DNA of 50,089 bases from Bacteroidota bacterium (GCA_039821555.1 JBCBNX010000025.1:1-50089); one strand, 5' to 3'. Shown: positions 19,071-28,735, numbered from the stretch's first letter. Translations and numbers: made by a program. Notes: generated from the sequence alone by a model not told the origin.

Positions 19071-20324
19071 TCACCGAAACTGCCGCCGGTACGCGACCTC
19101 GGTGCGGAGCGTAGCAGCGAGCGCAAACACCGCCGCCGCAAGCAAGTCGAGTGCGATCCAGCCGCCGGTCATCGCCCACGTCGTATTGGGGTCGAGCCAG
19201 ACCGCGAGGACGAGCAGCAGCGCCAGCGGGAAGGCCCACCGCGCGCTCAGCCCGAAGCGCACCCACACCCACGCCGACGGTTGCTGCATCCACAAGTCGA
19301 ACGGGGCCGGGGCGATGCCGCGCCCTACCACCCGCAGCAGCGCCGCGTTCTTGAGCACCACGAACGCGCCGAGCGCAACGGTGAGCGTCTGCGCCGGCGC
19401 GTCGATCAGAAAGAGCACGGCGAGGAGCGCGAGCGCGAGAAAGACGAACCGCCCCAGCGGCAGCGTCCGGTCGAGCTGCGTGAGCGTGGCCCAGGTGGGC
19501 GGGCGCAGCGCGGAGGGCATCCAGTAGACCGCGTCATAGGGAGCCGCCGCGCGCCCCTCAGCGAGCACTACGTCTGGCTCGGCGAACGCTTCGGCGTAGA
19601 ATGCATGCGTGTGGTAGAACGCCGCGTCGAACGCGGCCCGCAGCCGGAGAAGCCGGGCGAGCGCGAGCGCGAGCAGGACGAGGCTCGGCGTCCACGACCA
19701 CAGGCCGAGGCCGCGCCCGTCGAGCGCCGTCGCCACGATCACCGCCGCCGAGCCGACGAGGAAGATGCGCCCCGTGGTGAAGAGGCCCGGCACGACGCCG
19801 TTGGGCACGAGGAAAGCGAAACCCGGCGCAGCGGCCTTGTACCGGCGGTAGAGGTGACCGGCTTGCCCTTCGCCCCAGGCTTGCGAGCGAGCACCGAGGT
19901 CTGCATAGCGCCCGAGGGCGTAGAGTCCGAGCCCGACCCCAAATAGTATCGCCTCTGCCACCCTCACGGCGACGAGGCTGCCCGGTGCCGTACCGAGTGC
20001 CCCGAGCGGCAGCACCGCCAGCGGCACCGCCGTGGCAACTACGACCGCACCCCAGCGACGCACAACCCGCCTGAGCAGCGCCGCAGGCGATGGGTTGGCG
20101 AGGTGGAGCGCTTCCGTTTCGGGGTCCGGGAAGAGCACGTGGGGTACCGCGATCGCAACGCCACCTGCGACGAGCAAGCCCACGTACCGCAACGCATACG
20201 CCCGCGCCGCGAGGTCCGCGCCTTCGACTGCGAGCGCCGCGACGTAGGCGAGCACGGCTACGACGCCGAGATACGCCAGCATCGCCCAGCGGGCTGAGGG
20301 CGTCGCAGGAATGGGATAGGCCAT
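19071..20324 (-). CDS. hypothetical polytopic membrane protein
   Basis: 417 aa with about 10 hydrophobic helices and no recognisable motif. It is co-directional with, and 72 nt upstream of, the DUF2339-like gene. Confidence 0.5.
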   Translation of the reverse strand: MAYPIPATPSARWAMLAYLGVVAVLAYVAALAVEGADLAARAYALRYVGLLVAGGVAIAVPHVLFPDPETEALHLANPSPAALLRRVVRRWGAVVVATAVPLAVLPLGALGTAPGSLVAVRVAEAILFGVGLGLYALGRYADLGARSQAWGEGQAGHLYRRYKAAAPGFAFLVPNGVVPGLFTTGRIFLVGSAAVIVATALDGRGLGLWSWTPSLVLLALALARLLRLRAAFDAAFYHTHAFYAEAFAEPDVVLAEGRAAAPYDAVYWMPSALRPPTWATLTQLDRTLPLGRFVFLALALLAVLFLIDAPAQTLTVALGAFVVLKNAALLRVVGRGIAPAPFDLWMQQPSAWVWVRFGLSARWAFPLALLLVLAVWLDPNTTWAMTGGWIALDLLAAAVFALAATLRTEVAYRRQFR

Positions 20325-20412
20325 GAGAGAGGGCGCGTGCTAGGGGAAGCACGAACGTACGCGCGACGAGGCGCCGCGTTACCTCGTTCGCCTCATTTCC
20401 TCACGCGATTCT

Positions 20413-20991
20413 CTACCGCAGCGTGCCGAGGTACTGTGTACCGTTGGGGAAGCCCGCACGGGCGTCGCGGGGCAGGCGGTCCGCAAGGCCTTCGGGATAG
20501 AGCCGGAGGTGCCTTAGGTCGTCGAGTGGGATGAACCGCGCTTCCTGGAGCAGCTGTACGCCGTCGGCGAGGAGCTCGGGGTCGGTGCCGGTGCGAAGGC
20601 GGCTTTCGAGGTCTGCGTAGTCACCATCGGCGGGGTAGACGCGGAAGTAGAACGACACCGCGTGCAGCGGGGGGCGGACGAAGTCGAGCACGTAGGCGGG
20701 CTCGCCCACGCGCACCGAGAGCCCCGCTTCCTCCTCGAACTCTCGGCGGACGCCCTCGCTGAGCGCTTCGCCAAACTCGATGGCGCCGCCCGGGGGCGAC
20801 CAGAACGGCCCGTCGTCCCACAGCCCGTCGTGCTTCAGCAGCAGCACGCGCTCCGGGTTCTCGGCGCGGTCGAAGAGCAGCCCAGCGGCGCGGACGCGAA
20901 CGCGGTGCCCGAAGGCCCGCTCGACCGCCTCGCTCGCCAGGGTGGCGCTGCGGAGTTTCGTAGCGGCAACGGGGTCAGTCGGGACCTGCAT
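20413..20991 (-). CDS. NUDIX hydrolase
   Basis: Nudix box GGAIEFGEALSEGVRREFEEEAGL (GX5EX7REUXEEXGU). Confidence 0.8.
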   Translation of the reverse strand: MQVPTDPVAATKLRSATLASEAVERAFGHRVRVRAAGLLFDRAENPERVLLLKHDGLWDDGPFWSPPGGAIEFGEALSEGVRREFEEEAGLSVRVGEPAYVLDFVRPPLHAVSFYFRVYPADGDYADLESRLRTGTDPELLADGVQLLQEARFIPLDDLRHLRLYPEGLADRLPRDARAGFPNGTQYLGTLR

Positions 20992-21235
20992 GGGACGCGG
21001 AATCCGGTGAAAGAGAACGGCGCGAGACGGCCTACGTGTCGCCCTTAAGATATCGGGGAAACCTGCAAGGCTCGTGCCGGGCTACCCGAGACCGACGAAT
21101 CAGCGCAATCTGAATACGGCCAATTCGACCGGCGACGAAGAAAAAAGCTGCCTGCTGGCCCAACCAAACCCGCGCGATTTTCCGACGTAGCAGCGTCCCT
21201 GCTCCGTTCTCATTCCGTCCTTCCGACCCGTAGCT

Positions 21236-22948
21236 ATGCGCATCGCGCTCTGCCAGATCAACCCCACGGTCGCCGACCTCGACGGCAACGTCGAGCGTAT
21301 CCTCGGCTGGGCGCGCTGTGCCGCCGAAGACGGGGCCGACCTTGCCGTCTTCCCCGAGCTGTGCCTCACCGGCTATCCCCCGCTCGACCTTCTCGACAGC
21401 CCCGGGTTCATCGCCGACGTGCAGGCCGCGCTCGATCGCCTCGCTGTGGACCTGCCGCCCGAGCTCGGCGTGATCGTGGGCGCGCCGGTGCCGAACACCG
21501 ACCACACCGGCAAGCGGCTCTACAACGCCGCGCTGCTCTTCGACGGCGGCGCCATCGTGGCGCAGGTCAACAAGACGCTGCTGCCGACCTACGACGTGTT
21601 CGACGAGTACCGCTACTTCGAGCCCGCCCCGCAACGACGCGTGGTGACGTGGCGCGGGCGACGGCTTGGCCTCCACATCTGCGAGGACATGTGGAATAAC
21701 GAGGAGCACGCCGACTACCACCTCTACGACGAGAACCCCATCGACGAACTCGCCGAGCAGGGGGCCGAACTGTTCGTCAACATCAGCGCGAGCCCGTTCT
21801 CGATGACGAAGCAGGCTACGCGCCGCCAGATCCTCGTCGACGCCTGCCGCGAGCACGGCCTGCCGTTCGTGTTCGTCAACCAGATCGGCGCGAACACCGA
21901 GATCATCTTCGACGGCGACAGCCGCGTACTCGATGCCAACGGTACGCCGCTCGTCACGCTCTCCAGCTTTGCGGAAGGCTATGCTGTCTGGGACTGGACG
22001 AGTGCGGCGGAGAACGGTGCAGCCCCCTCACGGCAGAACGGCCACACGGCAGAACAGCCGCACGCGGAGGCCTCCATCGCCGACCTCCACGACGCGCTCG
22101 TGCTCGGCATCCGCGACTACTTCGCCAAGACGCCGGTCTTCGCTAAGACGCTCATCGGGCTCTCCGGCGGCATCGACTCGGCGGTGACGTGCGCGCTCGC
22201 GGCGAACGCGCTTGGGCCGGAGCGGGTCGTCGGGATCACGATGCCGTCGGCCTACTCGTCGTCGGGCTCGGTCTCTGATTCGCAGGCGCTCGCCGACGCG
22301 CTCGGCATCGAGTTCCACGAGGTCTCGATCCGCCCGGCCGTGGACGCTTTCGGGACGATGCTCACGGACGTCTTCGCGGGCACGGAGGAGAACGTCGCCG
22401 AGGAGAACATCCAGGCGCGCGCGCGCGGGCTGACGCTGATGGCGGTGTCGAACAAGTTCAACTACCTCCTCCTCACGACCGGCAACAAGTCGGAGATGGC
22501 GGTCGGCTACGCGACGCTCTACGGCGATATGTCGGGCGGGCTGGCCGTGCTCTCGGACGTGTTCAAGCAGGAGGTCTATGCCCTCGCGCGGCACATCAAC
22601 GAGCGCGCGGGCCGCGAGGTCATCCCGTCGACCACGATCACGAAGCCGCCGTCCGCCGAACTCAAGCCGGGCCAGCAGGACTCCGACAGCCTCCCGCCCT
22701 ACGACGTCCTCGACCACATCCTACGCTGCTACATCGAGGACCACCTCCCGCTGGACACCATCGTGGCGCAGACGGGCTACGACGCCGCGCTCGTCGGGCG
22801 CATCCTGCGCATGGTGGACCGCAACGAGTACAAGCGCCGCCAGGCTGCGCCGGGCCTCCGCGTCACCACGAAGGCGTTCGGCCTCGGTCGCCGCATGCCC
22901 ATCGTGATGAAGCGCACGCACACAACAACGGCCGATGTGGCTGCGTAG
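21236..22948 (+). CDS. nadE: glutamine-dependent NAD+ synthetase
   Basis: N-terminal CN-hydrolase domain (MRIALCQINPTVADLDGNV...) fused to an NAD-synthetase domain with the PP-loop LIGLSGGIDSAV. 570 aa. Confidence 0.9.
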   Translation: MRIALCQINPTVADLDGNVERILGWARCAAEDGADLAVFPELCLTGYPPLDLLDSPGFIADVQAALDRLAVDLPPELGVIVGAPVPNTDHTGKRLYNAALLFDGGAIVAQVNKTLLPTYDVFDEYRYFEPAPQRRVVTWRGRRLGLHICEDMWNNEEHADYHLYDENPIDELAEQGAELFVNISASPFSMTKQATRRQILVDACREHGLPFVFVNQIGANTEIIFDGDSRVLDANGTPLVTLSSFAEGYAVWDWTSAAENGAAPSRQNGHTAEQPHAEASIADLHDALVLGIRDYFAKTPVFAKTLIGLSGGIDSAVTCALAANALGPERVVGITMPSAYSSSGSVSDSQALADALGIEFHEVSIRPAVDAFGTMLTDVFAGTEENVAEENIQARARGLTLMAVSNKFNYLLLTTGNKSEMAVGYATLYGDMSGGLAVLSDVFKQEVYALARHINERAGREVIPSTTITKPPSAELKPGQQDSDSLPPYDVLDHILRCYIEDHLPLDTIVAQTGYDAALVGRILRMVDRNEYKRRQAAPGLRVTTKAFGLGRRMPIVMKRTHTTTADVAA

Positions 22949-22984
22949 CGACGCACAGATGACACCGACTGTGCCTAGGTTTGA

Positions 22985-23764
22985 TTGTTGCTGAGGTCAG
23001 ATAGTCTACCTCATTTTGCTGACGTTGAGGCACTTTCGAGTCTTCGGTACGTTTCGCCTCTTCCATACAGTCGGCTTTTCTCCATGCCTCCCTTTGACCT
23101 ATACGGCGGCCGCGACCCTCGGCACATCCCGCTTTACGCGCAGCGGGAGGCCGCTCACATCGTAGGCGTATCACACTCTACGCTTCGAAGCTGGGTGCAG
23201 GAGCAGACCGACTCCGAAGGCATGATGCCTCCGCTAATTCGTCGACCCGATGAAGCAGACTCGCGTCTCTCGTTCAGCAACCTTGTCGAAGCGTTCGTGC
23301 TCCGAGCGCTTCGTGAGCGCTACCGTGTTCCCATGAAGGCCATCCGTCAGGCGGTAGCCTACGCAGAGGCTGAGTTGGACGTAAAGCACCTCCTGCTCCG
23401 CCGAGAGTTGCGTGTGTCCGGAGATCTGTTCTGGGATCGGCTGGGGCAGCTCATTAACCTGTCGCAGTCTGGCCAGTTGGCCATTCGACACGTTCTCGAA
23501 AGCTATCTCGAACGTATTGAATGGGACGAACAGACCAACCTGCCGACTCGCTTCTTTCCGCTACCAGACGCAGGCGTTGCTACGAAGTCAGTGGTAGTTG
23601 ACCCCCGCGTTGCCTTTGGACATCCAACGCTGTCCGGGACGGGCATTAGTACTGAGGTGGTTAAACGCCGGATCGATATCGGGGAGACCGTAGAGGAGTT
23701 AGCTGAGGACTACCAGGTCTCGATCAAACAGGTCAAAGACGCGCTCCTCTACGAGAGGCCGTAG
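22985..23764 (+). CDS. HTH + DUF433 domain protein (antitoxin-like). The true start may be the internal Met at about 23084.
   Basis: The C-terminal ~60 aa (VVVDPRVAFGHPTLSGTGISTEVVKRRIDIGETVEELAEDYQVSIKQVKDALLYE) fit DUF433. The N-terminal part has an HTH-like REAAHIVGVSHSTLRSWVQ. The gene has lower GC than its neighbours. Confidence 0.55.
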   Translation: MLLRSDSLPHFADVEALSSLRYVSPLPYSRLFSMPPFDLYGGRDPRHIPLYAQREAAHIVGVSHSTLRSWVQEQTDSEGMMPPLIRRPDEADSRLSFSNLVEAFVLRALRERYRVPMKAIRQAVAYAEAELDVKHLLLRRELRVSGDLFWDRLGQLINLSQSGQLAIRHVLESYLERIEWDEQTNLPTRFFPLPDAGVATKSVVVDPRVAFGHPTLSGTGISTEVVKRRIDIGETVEELAEDYQVSIKQVKDALLYERP

Positions 23765-23765
23765 G

Positions 23766-24182
23766 GTGAGCGATACTGAGCCGACCTTTTTCATTGATCG
23801 ATGCCTTGGTGCGCGCTTTCCCAGCATGCTCGAAGCTGCAGGCATTCGCGTAGTGCGTCATCGCGACCACTTCGTAGACACAGCTCCCGACGAGGAGTGG
23901 TTAGCGTGGGTAGCAGAGCATGGCTATGTGGCTCTCTCCAACGATCGCAACGTGTACCGTCGGCCTGCACAACGCGAGGCAGTACTTCGGGCCAGGCTTG
24001 CGTATTTCGTGCTGAGCGCCAACGCAAAGACGGACGAATTAGCTCGCGCGTTTATTGACTCCTATCCGAAGGTGAAGCAGCTTCTCATTGAGCACCAACT
24101 CCCGTTCATCGCTAGCATTCAGCGGCCTAGCGCTCCTGGTAGGTCAGGTCGCATCCGCTTACTCTATCCAAAGGAGGGCTGA
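23766..24182 (+). CDS. DUF5615-like (Mut7-C/PIN-like) protein, putative toxin partner of the DUF433 protein
   Basis: FFIDRCLGARFPSMLEAAGIRVVRHRDHFVDTAPDEEWLAWVAEHGYVALSNDRNV matches the DUF5615 pattern (FLxDENL...L...G..V......g....D.ei...A...g.vlvT.D.dF). It starts 2 nt after the DUF433 gene. Confidence 0.5.
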   Translation: MSDTEPTFFIDRCLGARFPSMLEAAGIRVVRHRDHFVDTAPDEEWLAWVAEHGYVALSNDRNVYRRPAQREAVLRARLAYFVLSANAKTDELARAFIDSYPKVKQLLIEHQLPFIASIQRPSAPGRSGRIRLLYPKEG

Positions 24183-24194
24183 CGATGACAGCCG

Positions 24195-24890
24195 ATGCGT
24201 CTGCCTAGCCCCCTGCTTGCCCTTCTGCTCACAGTCCCAGCGTGGGCGCAGGACGACGCATCAGACGACATGCCGCTCGTGCCGCTCGCCCAGGTCGCGC
24301 CGAGCATCGTGCAAGACGTGCGCTATGCGACCAGCGAGAATTTCGTCGGCACCCGCATAGACGGCTACGAGGCGCCGTCGTGCTGGCTGACGCGTCCGGC
24401 GGCCGAGGCGCTCGCAGCGGCGCAGGCCGAGGCAGCGGCGTTCGGGCTCACGCTGGTCGTGTTCGACTGCTACCGCCCGCAGCGCGCCGTGGACCACTTC
24501 GTACGCTGGGCGTCCGTGCCCGCCGACACGCTGATGAAGGCGCGCTACTACCCCGCCGTGCCGAAGGACTCGCTCTTCGCCTACGGCTACATCGCCGCGC
24601 GCTCGGGCCACAGTCGCGGCAGCACCGTCGACCTCACGCTCGCGGACGCCGCTACCGGCCAACCGCTCCCGATGGGCACACGCTACGACTTCTTCGACGC
24701 CCTCGCCCATACCGAGAACCCGGAGGCCAACACCGAGGCGCGGCGCAACCGGCTGCTCCTGCGTACGCTGCTCGACCGCCACGGCTTCCGCAACTACGCC
24801 CGCGAGTGGTGGCACTTCACCCTCCGCGACGAGCCGTTCCCGGACACGTTCTTCGACGTGCCGATTCGCGAGAGCACAGTGAACGACTGA
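24195..24890 (+). CDS. ddpX: D-alanyl-D-alanine dipeptidase, VanX-like M15 metallopeptidase
   Basis: Signal peptide, then VanX-family motifs SGHSRGSTVDL, and EWWHF near the C-terminus. Confidence 0.8.
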   Translation: MRLPSPLLALLLTVPAWAQDDASDDMPLVPLAQVAPSIVQDVRYATSENFVGTRIDGYEAPSCWLTRPAAEALAAAQAEAAAFGLTLVVFDCYRPQRAVDHFVRWASVPADTLMKARYYPAVPKDSLFAYGYIAARSGHSRGSTVDLTLADAATGQPLPMGTRYDFFDALAHTENPEANTEARRNRLLLRTLLDRHGFRNYAREWWHFTLRDEPFPDTFFDVPIRESTVND

Positions 24891-24893
24891 CCG

Positions 24894-25535
24894 TCACGCC
24901 CCTGGCTTCTTCCACACCACCCGCGTGAGCGCGGCGAGACCTTGGTGATACGGCCCCTCGTCGAGCACGGCCTCGACCGTATCGAGCACGAGGAGCCCCG
25001 CATTGTCGCGCGGATCGCGCCCGAAGTGGGCGAGCACCTCGTCCGAGGACACCGTCATCGTCACGTCTCTTGGCCCGCCGCTCGTGTAGCCGCCAGTGAT
25101 TTGCTCGGGGCGGTACCACTCCGCGATGAACAGGCCGCTGGGCCGCAGCGCGCGACGGGCAAGGGCATAGACCGCCGGGCGAACAGCCTCGGGAAGATGC
25201 AGAAACGTCGCCACGACGGCGTCCCACTCCTGAGGCGGGTCCCACGCCGTCACGTCCGCCTGTGCGGTGGCGACCGTGACGCCATGCTCAGCTGCTAACG
25301 CGTTGGTTTTGGCGAGGCCCTCTGCGGCAAAGTCGAGGGCGGTGACGCCATAGCCCCGGGTTGCCATCCACACCGCATTGCGGCCTTCGCCTGCGGCAAG
25401 TTCGAGGACGGTCGAGCCCGGAGCGACGTGCGTCGGGACGGCCTCGGCAACGAAGGCGTTGGGCGCGGTCCCGTAGGCGAACGCCTCAGCGCCGAAGCGC
25501 ACGTTCCAGAAAGCAGGATCAGACGGAGTCGGCAT
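24894..25535 (-). CDS. class I SAM-dependent methyltransferase
   Basis: Motif I VLELAAGEGRNAVWMATRGYGVTALDFA, about 213 aa. Confidence 0.75.
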   Translation of the reverse strand: MPTPSDPAFWNVRFGAEAFAYGTAPNAFVAEAVPTHVAPGSTVLELAAGEGRNAVWMATRGYGVTALDFAAEGLAKTNALAAEHGVTVATAQADVTAWDPPQEWDAVVATFLHLPEAVRPAVYALARRALRPSGLFIAEWYRPEQITGGYTSGGPRDVTMTVSSDEVLAHFGRDPRDNAGLLVLDTVEAVLDEGPYHQGLAALTRVVWKKPGA

Positions 25536-25663
25536 CGGTCAGCGAGACGGTTGGTTGACAGGAAAGGGAAGCGGCGAAGCAACCCTAAGATCACCCCGCC
25601 GCTCAGACCAGTGCGGTGTCGGACGTGCTACTTCAGCCTTCGCACTTCAGCCGTCGCACTTCG

Positions 25664-26410
25664 CTACGCGGTCATCCCGCCGTCGACGGCAATCTGCGCG
25701 CCGGAGACGTAGCTGGCCTCGGGCGAGGCGAGGAACGCGACGACGCTGGCGATTTCCTCGGCGGTCCCGTAGCGGCCGAGGGCGGTCGCGCCGGCCATCA
25801 TGCCCGCAGCCGGGTTCACGTCGGGATCGCCGGGGTTCATCTCCGTGTCGATGGGGCCGGGGTGGACTGTGTTAACGGTGATGCCCTTGGCGCCGAACTC
25901 CTTCGCCGCCGAAGCTGTGATCGCGCCGACGCTGGCCTTCGTGGCGCTGTAGATCGACGCGCCCGGGAAGCCGACGAAGGCGACGACGCTGCCGATGTTG
26001 ATGACGCGGCCGTTCTCACGGAGGTGAGGCGCGGCAGCCCGGAGCGTGGCGAACACGCCGCGCACGTTCACGTCGATGCTCTGGTCAAACTCGGCGTCCG
26101 AGAACTCGGCGATAGGGCCGACGAGGTAGACGCCCGCGTTGTTGACGAGGATGTCGAGCCCGCCGAAGCGCTCGACGACCTGCGCGACGAGGGCATTGGC
26201 CGCGTCGGCATCGGCGGCGTTGGCCTGGAATGCGGCGGCGGTACCACCGGCCGCTTCGATGGTCGCGAGGACTTGGTTAGCGCGGTCGGGCGAGGAGTTA
26301 TAGGAGATCGCCACGGTCGCGCCGTCGGCGGCGAGACGCTGGGCGGTCGCGGCGCCGATACCGCGGCTGCCACCGGTGACGAGGGCGACTTTGCCAGAGA
26401 GGGAGGCCAT
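25664..26410 (-). CDS. SDR-family oxidoreductase (3-oxoacyl-ACP reductase-like)
   Basis: Start at MASLSGKVALVTGGSRGIGAA (TGxxxGxG). NNAG and the catalytic YxxxK region (YSATKASV) are present. The upstream part of the track ORF is non-coding. Confidence 0.8.
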   Translation of the reverse strand: MASLSGKVALVTGGSRGIGAATAQRLAADGATVAISYNSSPDRANQVLATIEAAGGTAAAFQANAADADAANALVAQVVERFGGLDILVNNAGVYLVGPIAEFSDAEFDQSIDVNVRGVFATLRAAAPHLRENGRVINIGSVVAFVGFPGASIYSATKASVGAITASAAKEFGAKGITVNTVHPGPIDTEMNPGDPDVNPAAGMMAGATALGRYGTAEEIASVVAFLASPEASYVSGAQIAVDGGMTA

Positions 26411-26572
26411 GAGAGGAGTGGGTTGGGCTGATTGAAAAGCGTGATGGCCCGTTGAAACATGTATCGGAACGAATGTTCCAGAATGGAGCAGGAGAAAATC
26501 TGAGCGGTTACGGAGGCAGCCCGGAGCTACGGCATTTTGACTGGACATACCACACCCAGCGCTGCACCTTTT

Positions 26573-26629
26573 CGACCCTCGACCCTCGACCCTCGACCCT
26601 CGACCCTCGACCCTCGACCCTCGACCCCT
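26573..26629. repeat. heptanucleotide tandem repeat (CGACCCT)x7 plus one imperfect unit; (GGGTCGA)n on the minus (coding) strand
   Basis: Read directly: CGACCCTCGACCCTCGACCCT... through 26629. It begins immediately after, and overlaps, the TGA of the TetR gene. It lies about 165 nt upstream of the SDR start. Confidence 0.9.
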
Positions 26630-27204
26630 CAGCCGAGCAACTGCATCGTCTGGTCCACCACGTCGTCGAGGACCGCGCGGTCGGGGCTCACGCGAGCGGT
26701 CACCCGGAGGCCGTAGACCGTGTTGGCGAGGAGCCGCGCCAGCGCCGTTGGGTTGCGGTCGGCGCCGATCTCGCCCTGCGCCTGCGCCTGCCGGACGGCG
26801 CGTTCGAAGCGGGCCTGGAGCACCGTGAGGCTCTCAGCCGTCCGCTCGGCCGTCTCCGGATCGTGCGGGGCACGCTCAGCGGTGGCGTTGACTACAAAGC
26901 AGCCGAGACAGTTTGCGGCAGCATCGTCCACGACGGCGCGGAGGTAGGCTTCAATGCCTGCGCGGGGCGAGCCGAGTGCGTCGCCCAACTGCTGGAGCGG
27001 GTCTACCTCAGTACCACGGTAGCGGTCGAGCGCGGCGAGGTAGAGTGCCTGCTTGCCGCCGAACGTGTCGTAGAGGCTGCTGCGGCTCAGGCCGAGGTGG
27101 TCCACGAGGTCCTGGATCGACACGGCCTCATAGCCCCGGTCCCAGAAGAGGGCTGCGGCGCGTTCCAGGACAGCGGCTTCGTCGAAGGCTTTGGCGCGGG
27201 GCAT
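26629..27204 (-). CDS. TetR/AcrR-family transcriptional regulator
   Basis: N-terminal HTH AAALFWDRGYEAVSIQDLVDHLGLSRSSLYDTFGGKQALYLAAL. 191 aa. Confidence 0.85.
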   Translation of the reverse strand: MPRAKAFDEAAVLERAAALFWDRGYEAVSIQDLVDHLGLSRSSLYDTFGGKQALYLAALDRYRGTEVDPLQQLGDALGSPRAGIEAYLRAVVDDAAANCLGCFVVNATAERAPHDPETAERTAESLTVLQARFERAVRQAQAQGEIGADRNPTALARLLANTVYGLRVTARVSPDRAVLDDVVDQTMQLLG

Positions 27205-27338
27205 GGCGGACGCAGGCAGGCTCGTGACATCGTTCGTGTTCTGGAACGGACGATCCGTGACCGGGTTGCGCGGCCTGTAGATGGCCTACTCTTCGGCCTG
27301 ACCAGAGACGCCTCTGGACTGCTAGGGAGCCATCGCCG

Positions 27339-28607
27339 TCAATCGAACCCGACGACGAGGGCAAAGCGGAAGATGTGGTGCGTCTTGGGCATCGCCGTGT
27401 TGACGAACTGGGCGCCCTCGGCAATGGCTGCGTCGATCACGCTCTGGGGGAGGCGCGGGGGGTCGTTGTCATAGGCGATCGTGTAGACGGGCGCGATGCT
27501 CACCGAGCCGCTCGACCCGATGTCGGCGAGTCGGAAGGTCAGGCGCGCGGTCGCGTCGATGCGATAGTTGCACCGCCCTTCGCCCGAGCCGCAGCCGTCG
27601 AAGTCGTAGAGTGGGAATTTGAAGTAGGGCCGGAGGTCGAAGCGGACGCGCTCAAAGGCGTCGCGTAGCGTGAGCGTCGGGCGCACCTCGAAGCGTGGAA
27701 TCGTGCTGCCGCCTAACTCCACGTCGACGCTGGTGGTGTCCATCCCGAGCACGCGGCGAGCCGTGACGGTCGACTGCTCGAACTCGAAGAAGGGCCCGGC
27801 GAGGAGGCCAAGCCGGAGGATGGTGTGGCGCTTCCGAACCACACGCTCGGCAAACGTCGCATAGGGCCGAAGGGCATCGAGGTCGGCGAGGACGCCTGCC
27901 AGGAGCGCGCCCTGCGTGGTCGAGTCGGCGTGGGCGGCAGCAAGGCAGCGGAACCAGTCGGTCTCGGCAAGGGCGGCGGCGGCGGCTGCCCGCGCGCTAT
28001 CGCCCTCGGCCGTGACGTAGCTCGGCAGGTTGTCCAGGCGCTTGCGCAGGGCCGTCCGCTTGCGGGTGTCCCACGTGTACGTCTGCCCGATCAGCCCCCC
28101 TCCGATTTCGTAGCGCTGGTCGATGCCGAGAAAGTTGTCGGTGTCGCGCTTGACGAAGGCGTAGGTCTCGAAGTTGGGCGAGAGGTGGTGGTCGTAGGAG
28201 AGCGTGAGCGACGAGACATTCTCCTGGACGGTCCCATCCTGAAGTGTGACGTCGGTGGCCGCGCTGAAGTTGATCTCGCCGGGATATTCGCCGCGGTCGA
28301 GGCTCACGCCGACGGCGAGCCGGTAGAGGGAGCGCTCGTCGGTGGCGTCGCTGGCGAAACTGGCCCGGGCCCGACCGGAGAGAGCGCGCTGCTGGCGCTC
28401 TTCCGCCTCGATGAGGGCGAGCGCGCTCCACACCCCGTTGCCTGTGGCGGCTGAGCATCCATCGACCCGCGCCATCATCCCGTCAAGGGGCGGCGCGAGC
28501 AGCCGCAGCCGGGCGAGTGCGGCATCGAGGTCTTGTGCGACCACAGGCGGCACGCTGAGCGCGACAACGGTGAGCAGCAAGGCGAAAAGCGAGAGGCGAC
28601 GGAGCAT
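27339..28607 (-). CDS. hypothetical secreted / outer-membrane beta-barrel-like protein
   Basis: Signal peptide MLRRLSLFALLLTVVALSVPPVVAQ. Alternating hydrophobic beta-strand pattern and an aromatic-rich C-terminus (HIFRFALVVGFD). No confident family assignment. Confidence 0.5.
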   Translation of the reverse strand: MLRRLSLFALLLTVVALSVPPVVAQDLDAALARLRLLAPPLDGMMARVDGCSAATGNGVWSALALIEAEERQQRALSGRARASFASDATDERSLYRLAVGVSLDRGEYPGEINFSAATDVTLQDGTVQENVSSLTLSYDHHLSPNFETYAFVKRDTDNFLGIDQRYEIGGGLIGQTYTWDTRKRTALRKRLDNLPSYVTAEGDSARAAAAAALAETDWFRCLAAAHADSTTQGALLAGVLADLDALRPYATFAERVVRKRHTILRLGLLAGPFFEFEQSTVTARRVLGMDTTSVDVELGGSTIPRFEVRPTLTLRDAFERVRFDLRPYFKFPLYDFDGCGSGEGRCNYRIDATARLTFRLADIGSSGSVSIAPVYTIAYDNDPPRLPQSVIDAAIAEGAQFVNTAMPKTHHIFRFALVVGFD

Positions 28608-28735
28608 TGGGGCGCGGGGACGGAGGAGAAAGGCCAGCGGCATCCTAGCGCCGCTGCCCGTATCCGCGCAAGCCGTGCGCGTCGAGGATCACAGATCCGC
28701 CTGGGTCCGGCCAGCACCGACGCGAGGCCTGCGTG

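Noticed and set aside
26573-26629. Could the heptamer array or the other tandem repeats be a CRISPR array?
   Set aside because: The units are 7 or 20 bp, contiguous and without spacers. No cas genes are present. Not CRISPR.
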